Part shown: one piece after another, positions 26,181-37,300 of the stretch
Position numbering within the stretch: the first letter of the stretch is position 1
How the letters are laid out: each line of letters opens with the position of its first letter
NCBI GenBank assembly: GCA_026936335.1
Contig: JAPMXV010000068.1
Span: 248,001-312,000, forward strand
From: Mantamonas sphyraenae STR306
Lineage: Eukaryota; Protista; CRuMs
Length of the DNA stretch: 64,000 bases
Direction of reading: 5' to 3'
Notes under the pieces: model-generated
The model's database searches: none
Told to the model about the DNA's origin: nothing
What the model saw: only the letters and a program-made list of their open reading frames with translations
Made by a program: the position numbers and the translations under genes

Positions 26181-27245
26181 TGTGTTTGATGCGACTCCGC
26201 GCAGCAGGCAGCTTTTGACGTCCACGTGACAAGATCATAACAGTGGCGAGGTCTGCCCGTAGCATGCTGATCTCCGCTTTCCCGACGTGGGCATGTGACT
26301 GTTTGTGATGGCTTCTGGTGTGGAGTTTGTTTGAAAATTTCGCTGTGCACAGAGCGCTGACGTTCACAATATCCGGAGATATACACATGCTGGGATGCAC
26401 AATCCGCCTTGACGGCCCCCGCATATTGATTTCCGGGGCCTCCAAACGAACCTGTCCACTGTATATTGCCCAGGGTGTCCATGCGGACCAAAAAGACACC
26501 TTGGCCGGCGCCAATTATCCCTCGGTCGACAAAGGGCGACCCTGTGCTCGTACTGACCTGGAAGATGGCCCCATCACAGCTTGTGTCCAAGCCTGCGCTT
26601 ACATCTGGCGCCAATGAGCCGTACTGTTTCCACCACGTCGTCGGCACAGCACCGTGGCCGTAGGGAACGAGTGTGCAAAGCGCAATCAGCACTAGCAAAA
26701 CGCCTCTGCACGCCTTCCATGCTCCTTGCCGCGCGTTTTTCTGTGTCCAAAACAATGTGGAAGGGACCGGGGATGCGTAGAAGCGTGTGTGGAGGCGCCC
26801 AGGAAGCACGTGTGCCCACCGGTGTCAGTTTTGTGGTCAGGGACACTTTTCCCGCCGCAGAAAACAAGGAAAAAACCTCGTCGGGTGCGAACCCGTCCCT
26901 CATGGTTTGTCCCCAGACCCCGTGACGCGCGTTTCTTACCATCGCATGCGGTCGTGGCAACACTGTGCACCTCATGGTAGTGTGATGCGGTGTTGGGAGC
27001 AATTGCTTGAAGAATTTCTTGTGGGTAAAGCTGTGCGCGTGTGGTGATGCGGGTTTGCGGGCTGCCAGGGCAGGTGACGAGCGCTCGGGCACTTTATGCA
27101 CATGAATTTCAACGTCGCAGGGAGCATGACGGGTTCGGTTGTGTGTGATGGGTGATGGAGGTGGCTGCAGCAGCCTGGACGTTTTGTGGGGGGCGCCATC
27201 GTCGGCAAGTATTCCCAGAGCGCGTGTGACTATATCACAAACACA

Positions 27246-30200
27246 ATGGGACGGACCAGGGCATCGCGCACAGCATCAAAGAAACGCATTCTCAATGTGG
27301 AAAACGGCGAGGAAGTTCCCGCGAACGAACCCTCCGCAACACAGAACGACCTCAAGCGCCAACGTGTGGACACAGAGGGGTCCACACGCCGACGCACACG
27401 TCGAGCAGCGGCACAGCGCGCCATAGACAAATTTGACAAGTTGGAAGAAGAACGTGAGTGTGTGGGGGGCGCGGCCAAAGTTCCAAATCGTGTCGCGCAA
27501 ATCGCTCACCTTCCTCAACGTAACAGCCTCGCACAAGGTCGCCGGGAACAGAGCGAACAGCAAAACAACTGCACCTAAACCTGCACCCAAAACATTGCCC
27601 AAACACGCCCTGCGGGCAAAGATGGCATCCTTCCGCGAGGCTGTGAAGCGCGACGACTGGGATCTTCCGGATCATCCGCTGGCCGAAGTTCCGGCCGAGG
27701 TTTGGGAACGCGTTTGCAGCCATCTCGACCCCGTCTCCATGCTCTCGTTGTACAGCATCGATGTGCACATGTTCAAGATGGGAGAAATGCATGTGGTGCA
27801 GGGCCAACCGTTGCGGCCGCTACTGGTGCGCGTGCTGGGTTCGGGCGGCGCCGTCCCGGTCAAACTTGTCGATCCAAATGACTTTGGGCGCCGGAACAAC
27901 ACCAACGAGAAAGATGCCGTGCTTTGTGCATTGGACAGAGCTCTGGCTTTGGAAGACGAGCATCTTCGCGCCATGATGCTCCCGTCAGACCATGAGATTC
28001 TTCGTCTCACCACCCAATACCTGCCGCAGCTGTGCGGAACGTCAACCGAGGCTCTGGATTGGCTTTTGCGAAAAGGGAAGCGCTTGGATGCCCCATGGAT
28101 GTCGCAGCTGGCATTCAGCGAGCGGTGGGAGCACATCCCAAACGCGGCCTGGACTTTCGTCAAGTTTGATTTGGATGCCGGCGTCGGCTTCGATGATCGT
28201 CCAAGATCACGATGGGGTTTCCAGCCGCAAGTCCATCCACGCAACACATACATCAAGTACATGAAAGCGGTGCAGGTGTATGACATCACTGTGGACGAAA
28301 TCTATGTGGTTCCACTTGATGTCATGGTGACGTTTCTCATCCGCATTTTCGCATCGAACGGCGCTCGGCGACCACGCATTCCCGCAGATGCACTGTCCCA
28401 CGTGCTTGCTGTCCATGGAATGGAAGGAGTGGAACAGTGCGTGCGTGCGGGCATGACCGGGGCCAAGGGGCTGCTGAAAGCCGTTCTCCCCAACGCCGAT
28501 GACACTCGGCGGCTGGCCGTACTGCTGCAGCAGTGTCCACAGGAGGACTTGAAACAGTCACAGGTGCTGTTGGGTGCCGCCGAGCATGGGTACAACGACA
28601 TTGTGGCCATGCTGTGGGCACATGTGCCGTCACTCACTGCGTCACAGTGGCGATCACACCGCACCTACCTTGTGCGTGTGGCCGCTTCTCTGTCCAACAA
28701 AGACAAGTTGATGGCGTTTGAGGCGGAGGCACTTGCCAACGATTCGTTGGATGCCATGCAAAAGGTACACGAGGCACTGGGTGAATCCATGGACGACGAT
28801 TCGCTGCTGCAAAGCATTCAGCATGGCAACGTGTATGCCATCGACGCGCTGGCACAGCGAAACGTGCCGCTGGATGCTCCTCTGGGTCAGCTGATGGGCA
28901 CCGAGGAGCGAAGGCGGGACAAGCTCACAGCGCCGCAATGGGAAACGCTGGTCAAGTTGCAAGCGCGCGACAGCGTTGTCGATGACTCCTCCTCCTCCTC
29001 CAGCTCACGTGTGGACGACCAGGTGCATGCGCTTCTCTTGCGTCTGAACAACCTTGCGGACGTCAAGGCACTGCTGAAGGAGGATCCGAGCATGCTGACG
29101 AACGATGTGTTTGTGTCTGCGGTGTTGCAGTTTGTGGGTTCGTTCCACGATCGCAAGGGAGGCACCATCATGGCATTCCTGCTCAAGCAGGGACTTCCGC
29201 TCACACAACAAGTGGAGGACCTGGCGGCCGCGATGTACGACGAGCGAGTGCTGAATGCGCTCATGCAGCGTTCGTGGCGCTGGCGCACGATGTGTGGACG
29301 CACCAACGACGTCGTGCGCGAGCTATCCAAGGGTTGTGACGATCTGGACGGGGCCTGGAAGGGTGTGATGAACCGCAACGCAGAGAATTTGGGCGTCGAG
29401 CGCTATTTCTGGCGCCAATTGGACGCAGACATCATTGCCTTCCTTGAAGCGGGCCTGCAGGTGACACGCAGTGCCGTTGAGAATTGGTCGGTGAGCCGTG
29501 ACGAAGCGTTCATGCAAGTATTGCAACGTGCGGCCGAGGCGGGAATGCACGATCTCGTGTGGGCCAACTTGACCGCAGGAAATCAGAGCTTGGCGTTGGA
29601 GTCGATGCAAACCCTTGGGGTCACTCCCGACTCTGAGCAGCTTGTGCATGGCATCAACGAAGGGTGGCACAAGTTTGTGAACGCTGCGTGTGAGCGAGGC
29701 GCAGGCCTGCCTTCCGTCATTCCCAGGCTAGGCCGCAAGGGAGGGAGCGAGGCCATGCTGAGGGTGCTGATCAAGCACGGCATGCGATCGGACGAATCGC
29801 ATCTCACGCATGCGCTGTCACACAGGATGTCCGCGGATCTGGTCGCGCTGATCCTGGATGCTGGCGTGCCGTGTTCAGAGCGGTGTCGCAAGAGCGGCCT
29901 GAACAGAAACATGTTTGACGCCGACGTGTTGGAAGTGTTGCGCCAGCGTGGCGTGCCATGTGACATGCACGTGCTGTCGTGGATTGCACGCGGAGGCGAT
30001 GGCAACGCCGACCTGCTGTGCGACATCCTGCAGAACGACCCCAGTGCAGATCCGCACACTTGCGGCTGGCTCGATTCCGGGTGTTGCTTGTGGCGGAATG
30101 CACGCCTCAATCGGGTGCTGGAGCAGCTGTTGGCCTGGTACGCAAGAAAGGGAAAGCCTGTCCCTCCTGATCTGCTTGCCGCATGTGCAAACGACAACAT

Positions 30201-30519
30201 CGACATGCTGGCACGCGTCTTGGAAACCCATGAGGTGGACGTGGGGGACTTTGATTGGGTGGAAAGGTACGTCCGTCCATCCAACAGAGACAGCGCTGCC
30301 TTCCACCAGCTTGTCTACGGCCTTCTCACCGACGCACAACGCGCCAATCTGCCAAGTGTGCTGGTTCGCTTGGCCGTGAAGGATCACGATGCAGAGCTGT
30401 TGGCACCCACGTATGCGGTGGATCCGGAAAAGGTGCGGCGCGCGGCCTACCACGTGCAGGAGCATCGATGGTTTCTTGACGAATTTCTTCCCCATGTGAA
30501 CAACAACAACAACGGGTGA
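27246..30519 (+). CDS. F-box-like plus degenerate ankyrin-repeat protein; intron 27454-27526
   Basis: F-box-like LAEVPAEVWERVCSHLDPVSMLSL; ankyrin-like LLGAAEHGYNDIVAML and SIQHGNVYAIDALAQRN. GTGAGT...TAACAG intron is in frame. Confidence 0.7.
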
Positions 30520-30592
30520 CGAGCGGTGGGTATCGATACAGACCACAGTGGCATTGGATTGGGCCTTGATTGATTGTGTGCGTGTGGAGGGC

Positions 30593-31382
30593 TCAGTCGT
30601 CCCACTTTTCCCGTGTGATCTCGGCCTCGGTGAAGCTGCCCTTGCAGCGGATGTAGTCCTCGTCGTCAAAGTATCCCGGGCACGTAAACTTGCGCTTCTT
30701 GGTGTCGTAGCGCAGCTTGCCCGAGTAGCAGGTGGGACACACAGGGATGCGCTGTGGGCGGGTGTTAGTGGAAAATCCGTTGCCGGGAATCGGCGGGAAC
30801 CTGTCAAGCGGGGGAAGTGAGACTCACCCCGCGCGCCTTGCCGTCTGCACACCGGTCCAGCAGCTCTGTCTTGTTGCCCGACTTCTTCTGGCCATTCTTC
30901 TCCAGCACCTCCTTAAGCTGCGCCACCGAATAGTCCTTGTAGAACTCCCTAGCGGCCACTTCGGCTGCCGACGATTTCGTGCGCTGCACCTTTTTCGGCT
31001 TCGCCGCCTTTGCCGCAGGTTTGGCTGCCGCCTTGCCCGACGCCTTGTCCGATGCCTTGGCAGTGGCCTTGGTGGTGGCCTTGGTGGCCTTGCCCTTGCC
31101 CTTGGCCGTGGTGGTGCCAGCCGTCGATGCCGTCGTGGTGTCCTTCTTTGCCTTTGCCGCCTTTGCCTTGGGCTTGGCTGCCGCGCCCGTGCTGCTGCTG
31201 CTGCTGGCCTTGGCTCCCTTGGCCTTGGCTCCCTTGGGTTTCTTGCCCTTGCTGCTCACACGTGCACGCTTCACATCAGCTGTGGCATCCGCCACAGCAT
31301 CCGACGTGGTGTCTCCAGGCGTGTATACATCCGGGGTCTTGCGCTTGCGCGACGAGCGACGTGGGGCGGCGGCAGTGGACAT
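30593..31382 (-). CDS. Small Lys/Ala-rich protein with a stand-alone PADR1 (PARP1 Zn3-type) domain; intron 30752-30827
   Basis: Spliced product reads VAQLKEVLEKNGQKKSGNKTELLDRCADGKARG|RIPVCPTCYSGKLRY...FTCPGYFDDEDYIRC. Intron is GTGAGT...CTAAC...CACAG. Confidence 0.8.
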
Positions 31383-31581
31383 CGGGTGGGTGGTTTTGTG
31401 TTCCGGTGCCTGCCACGGGGCGCTGCGCCCCAAAACCCCCTTCCCTCGGTCCCTCCTCTTTCTTCCCTCACCCTATGCAACCATGGAACACAATTGTGAC
31501 GAATGTAACATTGTTGAATGTGGCAGGGGAGAGCCCCTTCCCGGCGTTTTCGCCACCCCCCCCCCCCCCTTGCGCTCAGTG

Positions 31582-33064
31582 TCATTGATGCTTGCTGGAC
31601 GCCAGCCTCTGCTGCTGGTGTTTCTTCTTGCGGGCCTGTTTGGCCGCGGCGGCCTGCTGTTGCTTCTTGTAGTGGGCCAGGATGACGTCGCGGCTGGTGT
31701 GGTGGATCTTGAACCCGTAGATGCGTGGCACATAGTGCTGTGACGGCTTGTTGGGAATCAGGTCGCAGAACATCTGCAGCAGCAGATGCGGGAACGTTGT
31801 GCCAAAGTAGGCCCCATCCAATGTGCCCTGTCGCGACGACTTGGGGTAAAAGATCTCCTCGCAACGCGGGCAAAAGATCTTCACCGTGCTTGTTCTGTGC
31901 GTGTGTGCCGTCCCACACACAAGACAATGACATGTGTGGACAGGAGAAGTGTCGTGCCACGGTGTCCGGTGTACGCATGGGTGTCAGTGTCCCTGTGGCA
32001 TCGTCCACACCTCGTTTTTCCACACGCCCCCCCCCGCCTCCCGTTTCTCCCGTCCGCCTCCTCCCGACGCTCGCTCGCACGGTCTCCCAAGCCCCTCCAA
32101 ACTCACCGAGGAAGGTCGCTCTGGCCCACAGGCAGCACGGGCTGGCCCTGGCAAAACACACGTGGGCAGCGGCCAAAGTCCACGTCTTGGTACTTGGTCA
32201 CCATGGCCGTCATGCCCCTGTTGGTCAGAATGTACCGTGCATGGATCAGACCATACAGCATCTCTGCAGCGCCTTCCACCAACTCCTGCTGCTCTTCCGA
32301 CAGGATTTCTGTGTGTGTGTGTCCCTGTCAGTCATCTGTCCATGACTCTGCATGCCTACTGCCTCCTCACGCGGCCTTCTTCCCTGGACTGCCCGCCCTC
32401 CCAATTTCGGAACGCTTGCGCGATTTTTGCCCCGCCCCCACACAGCACCATAGCACAAGGGAAGGGCAAGGATCACGACGTGTGCGTGTGCGTGTGTTGC
32501 TTCCTCTCACTCTCGTCTCTCTGTGTAATGTGTGGGACACTCACCTGCAGACGAGTCGCCGTCGAGAATCATATCGAGGGCGAGGTCGTAGAAGGGAACC
32601 ATGGTGCTGAGGCCCGTGAGGTTAAAGTCATCGCCAATGTACGACTCTTCAATCTCGCAGAAGAATTCGTTGCCACGCAATGAACAGAACCAGGCAATCC
32701 AGGAGATCTCCTCATCCATCTCCAGCTCGCTTTCGTCCTCTTCTTCCTCCTCCTCTTCATCTTCCTCCTCCTCCTCCTCATCTTCTTCCTCCTCCGGCGG
32801 CACCGTGGGTGCATTGACGTCCACGGCACCCGTTGCTGCTGCTGATACGCCACCGGTCGTGTTGTTGCTGCTGCTTGTGGTGCTGCTGGTGGTGTTGGTA
32901 CCGCCCTCAGCACCGCCCGCCAGCTCGCTCCCGGCGTACAGCTCTTTGCTGAGTGGAGCGTTTTGATCCGCCTCCACGCCGTTGCCGCCTGCATCCTGGT
33001 CACCACCGCCTGTGGACTGCAGGGAAACGTCGCTCGATTGCCATGCTTGGCGCTTGCTCGACAT
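31582..33064 (-). CDS. CSNK2B: Casein kinase II regulatory (beta) subunit, 3 exons
   Basis: [32 protein letters not shown]; [12 protein letters not shown]...[10 protein letters not shown] (read from DNA ~32110-32300); [14 protein letters not shown]...[12 protein letters not shown]...[10 protein letters not shown]. Confidence 0.95.
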
Positions 33065-33168
33065 CGGAGTTGGTCTCTGTGTGTCGTGCGGGGTGTTGCG
33101 AGAGGGTCGTTTGCGCGGCTGTTGCTCTGCGCGTGCCTGCGCAAAAAAGGATTGGTAGGGATTGGCAG

Positions 33169-34191
33169 ATGAGCAAGATGGATGACAGACGAACGTCGGA
33201 GGTTCAAACCCTGGTTCAGCTGATTGGCAAGGCCAATCCAAACCCGGACGAGGTCGTTGCTGCCCTCGAGGCAGCTGGGAACGAAAACGAGGTGCGCTAC
33301 GAGAGCACCAGACCGTAATGATGTGTGCCTCTGACACTGACACACTCTCTTTCTATCCATCCATCCATCCGGATGCCCATTGTGCAGCAAGTGGGCCTCT
33401 CTCACTTCCATTTGGGCAACCCAGAGATGGTCGTCCTTGCTGCGGCGCTGCGACACAACACCAATGTGCAAAAACTCAAGTTGTCTTCAAACTGCATCGG
33501 CACGGACGGACTCAAGGCGTTGGTGCATGCACTGCGTGACAACACCACCGTGAACACACTCCTGCTGGGGTCAAACAACCTCGGCGACGACGCCGTTCCC
33601 TACTTGACGGAGCTGTTCCGGCAGTCGACCACACTCAATGCCATCTCCCTGTGGGGCAACAACTTTACAGACGACGCCTACACAGCCATGGCAGAGGCGT
33701 TGGTGCACAACAAGTCGTTGTTCTCCCTCGTGGGGCCGGATTTGAGCAACCCGGAAATCATGGTCGTCCTGAGGCGAAACAAGGTGCATGCCAGGAAGTT
33801 CGTGCTTGCCTGCAAAACTGGAGACGTGGAGACAATGCAATGGTTGAAGGAGTGGGGGGTGTCCCTGGATGCATGCGTGGATTTCGAGTGTCCACTTGAC
33901 GCGGCCGTCAAGACCGCTCAGGACGATGCTGTGACCTTGCTGCGGCAGTGGGGCGTCCGTGTGACACCCTTTGCAGAAATCATGGCAAAGAGGGTGGGTT
34001 GGAGGACAGCAGTGCATTGGCTGTGGGAGGCAGAGGTGGATGATCGGATCGAAACGGCGTTGGTGATGAATGGCCAAGAGAGGGAGGAAATGTTTGAGGC
34101 AGGCGGAATGGAATGGTACACACCGAGTGCATTGTGGAGCACATTGCCCGATGAGGTGATGGCACGTGTGTTGAGGTGGATGGCCGTGTGA
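33169..34191 (+). CDS. RNI-like leucine-rich-repeat plus ankyrin protein with a C-terminal LPxE motif; probable intron 33292-33387
   Basis: [36 protein letters not shown]; [17 protein letters not shown]; [15 protein letters not shown]. Confidence 0.75.
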
Positions 34192-34205
34192 CATCCGGCG
34201 GCACA

Positions 34206-34236
<31 letters not shown>

Positions 34237-34328
34237 CATTGTGTCGGATTCCTGGAAAGAACCCCTACAGTGGAGGAGATGAAGCAGGCGTGGAGGAGCA
34301 TGTGGAGTGCAGAGGGAAGAAGGTGCCT

Positions 34329-37300
34329 TCATTCCGGGATGCGCAGAGTGACAGACTCGCGTGATGAAGCGTACATGTGAAGCGCCACCATGTCATTGTC
34401 GCAGGTGATCGTGCCCAGTGGACGCATGTTTTCGATGAGAAAGAATGCGTTGCAGGCAGACACCGGGATGGAGAGTGCAGCCGAGCTGACCTGTCGGAGC
34501 AAGGCAAAGTCAGCCGTTGCAGTGATGGACGTCTGTGCAATGGAGTAGCCGTGGATGAGGTTGACCACAGTGGATGCTGGAGAATCGCTTGAGCTCGAGC
34601 TTGTGCTTGCGCTCGTGCTCGTGCTCGTGCTCGTGCTAGTGCTCGTGCTTGCGCTCGTGCTCGTGCTGCTCGTGTTCTTGGTTGTGCTTGCGTTCTTGCT
34701 CGTGTTCGTATTGGCCTTGGGACTCGGGATGGTGAGTGAGATGGGCTGGGAAGACGAAGCAGAGGCAACGCGAAGGAGACGCATGTCCGCTGCCTTGCGT
34801 ACGTGTGCCTGGTTTCCACTGGCGTCCACAATGACCATGTCCATGAGCTGGCTGATGGGAATGTCCAACGCTTCGGAAATCGTTGTGCGTAGGACGGTGA
34901 TGGACGTCTTGCGCGGGAGGGTGATCAGCGTCGTGGTGGCACCGTATGTGACGTTGCAGCTCATTGTCTTCAGTGCAGGTTGCTTGCGCTTGGAAGTGGA
35001 CGCAGTTGGTTCTTGTGCAGCTGTCGTGGTTGGCTTTGACTTTGGAACTGACGTTGTGATGGTCAGGTCAATGGGTTCGGAGGAGGATGAAGCTGCCGCG
35101 CGCACCAGATGCATGTGGGATGCCTTGTGCACATGAGTCTCGCCTCCATCGGTTGTGGTGAGGATCATGTCCCTGACCTTGCTTTTTGGCACCCCCAGAG
35201 AGTCTCCGATGGTCCTGCGTAGATTCGAGATGGAGCTTTGCTGTGGGACTGTGATCAACGTCTTGGTGGTGCCATAGGTGACATTGCAGGTCATCATCTC
35301 GGCGGATGGGGACTTCTTGTGCTTCTGCTTGGCAACGTACGTGGACGGTGCCTCTTCCTTCTCGTCCACCACCACGGCCTTCTTCTGCTGCTTGCGCTTG
35401 CGATCCGGTCGCTGAGGGTCCACCAATGACACCTTGGGTACGGTGGGCATCTTGTCCACCACCACAGTCTTGCCCCTCGTCTCCTGCTTCTTCACCTTGG
35501 GCTGAGGGTCCACCAATGACACCTTGGGTACGGTGGGCATCTTGTCCACCACCACAGTCTTGCCCCTCGTCTCCTGCTTCTTCACCTTGGCTCCTTGTTG
35601 TTTGGCTGCTTCCACCTCCACGTTCTCCTTCCTGTCCACTTTCACCTTCACCTGCTCCTCTTCTGGGTGGTCCACCAGAATGCGCAGCTTCCTGGCTGAC
35701 GCTGCTGCCTCGTGAAAATCGGCCAGATCCTTGGCATCGCACATGTCCATCAGGTGCTCGCCTCCGTCAAATATGCGCAGATGGCGACACTTGGCCTTGC
35801 TGATCCCCAGGGCGTGTGCCACTGCCTTGCGAAGCGCGGACACTGTGCAATTGTTCTCAATGTGTGTCGTGCCACGTGTGTCACCAAACTCCACCTGCAC
35901 GGCGATGTCGCTGTCTCGAGTCTCCTCCTCCTCCTCCTCCTCCTCCTCCTCCTCGCCATCCTGTTTGACTCCTTGCTTGCCAACAACCGTTGTGTCGTGT
36001 CCTTTCACGGTGGCATTGACCTGACCCGGCGGCGTCTCGTCGTCATCCACCGCCTTGCTCTCCGTTTCTTCGGACGCTGGCTGCAAATCCTCTGCTTCTG
36101 CCTTGCCTGTCTGCTCAACACCTTGTCCAAGTGTCGCGTGCAGGTCTGCATGGTCCATGTGCACGGCAAACACGTGGTCTCCGCCATCCACAAGTTGTTC
36201 CACGGACTGCACTCGCTCACCGTTCGCTGTCTCCAGCCAACACGACTGTGGATCCCCAGCCTTGAGTTGCTCACCCACACGCAGACACACAGCTGAAAGC
36301 GTGTCTGTATGAGCCACCTCCACCTCCTCGGGCTGTTTGTCCTGCATTGCCACTCGGATGACCACGCTGCCTCCGTTGATTTTGAGATACAGCGGCTGCT
36401 CGCCGCCTCCGTCTGCTGCCAGCTGTGTCTTCATCACAGACAGCTGCGTGTCGTTGCGTAGTTTGCACACTGTCACGCCGTCCTTGTCCACCTGCTTGAT
36501 GCTCCACGTGCCACGCAGCCGCGTCCGGGTCTCCACGGCCGTGCACAGTTCGTCGTATGACAACGTCGGTGGCACTGAGAACGATGTGCTGGGAAACAGC
36601 CCCTGGCCGTGACTTGCATGCACGGTGATCGATGTCAACGCCTGTGGGGATGCCTCACTCGAACTCGAGCTCGCACGTGAGGGTTGCTTGGGCTTCGTCC
36701 GTACCGACGACGACGGTTGCTTCTTGGTGGTGGTTGGCTGCAGGGTTGGAACCGCATCACTGCGCGTGCCTTGCTTCCGTTTGGGCGGCGCCGCGGAACC
36801 AGGCAGATGACCGTCCTCAATCAGAGCGTGACGCACATGCTTGCGCCACCTTGACTTGTGGGTTTGGTCGTTGACGTAGTGTTTGGATGCACGCACGGCC
36901 GTGTCAAGCATCAAGTCGTCGTCGTCTCCCATGTCCTCGATTGCATGCTTGAAACACACGAAGCCTCTCATGTGCTTGTCTTCAATGCCTCGGTCTCTGG
37001 GTGTCGCGCTTCTGCAGTGTTGCACCTCCATCCATCCCACAATCCGCTGCATGACCTCCTGTGGCAACGGAGAATCACTCCACGTCGACCCCTCGTGCTC
37101 TTTAGCATTGATCCACAGCAGGAGATGTACCTTGTGCATGAATGACGTCCCAAGGTCGGCCAGCTGCCTGGGCCGCTCGGGGGCACACAGCCTCGGGGGT
37201 AGCTCCGTCGCAAATTCATAGCTCTCGACCTCCTCGTATCCGTAGTCCCGCGTTTTCGCATTGTCGCCAAACATGTACACGTGGCGCTGTGCCACCGTCC

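Larger units (their letters stand above)
21001..26369 (-). mobile_element. Element A: non-autonomous Tc1/mariner-IS630-type transposon (5369 bp) carrying a Fanzor-like gene; TA target-site duplication
   Basis: Ends TTGCTGAGCGCAGCGTGCTGTGCACA (21001-21026) and reverse complement of 26344-26369, TTGTGAACGTCAGCGCTCTGTGCACA, match at 18/26 ungapped and about 22 with two 1-nt gaps. TA lies at 20999-21000 and 26370-26371. The empty site reads GGA TAC ACA GAG in the host gene frame. Confidence 0.88.
16734..26975 (-). pseudogene. Large cell-surface multipass membrane protein (signal peptide, SBBP-like propeller blades, Ig-like repeats, Cys-rich GCC2/3-like repeats, ~7-TM region), interrupted by transposon A and a frameshift near 17850; 5' start uncertain
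   Basis: ORF 26120-26809 has a hydrophobic signal VLLVLIALCTLVPYGHG and VFLVRMDTLGNIQW..SFGG...HVYISGY. ORF 17836-21066 has Ig-like repeats, CLACPRDTYQDQVGQETCLSCP, YEGPLCGVC and YYWEFIILVRK. The last TM helices are in ORF 16734-17858. Removing 21001-26369 plus one TA fuses the two halves in frame. Confidence 0.75.

Noticed and set aside
21061-26367. GTTCAC direct repeat (21061-21066 and 26362-26367) as the target duplication of element A
   Set aside because: Joining there leaves the host gene out of frame and cuts the hairpin, whereas the TIR/TA boundaries restore the frame.
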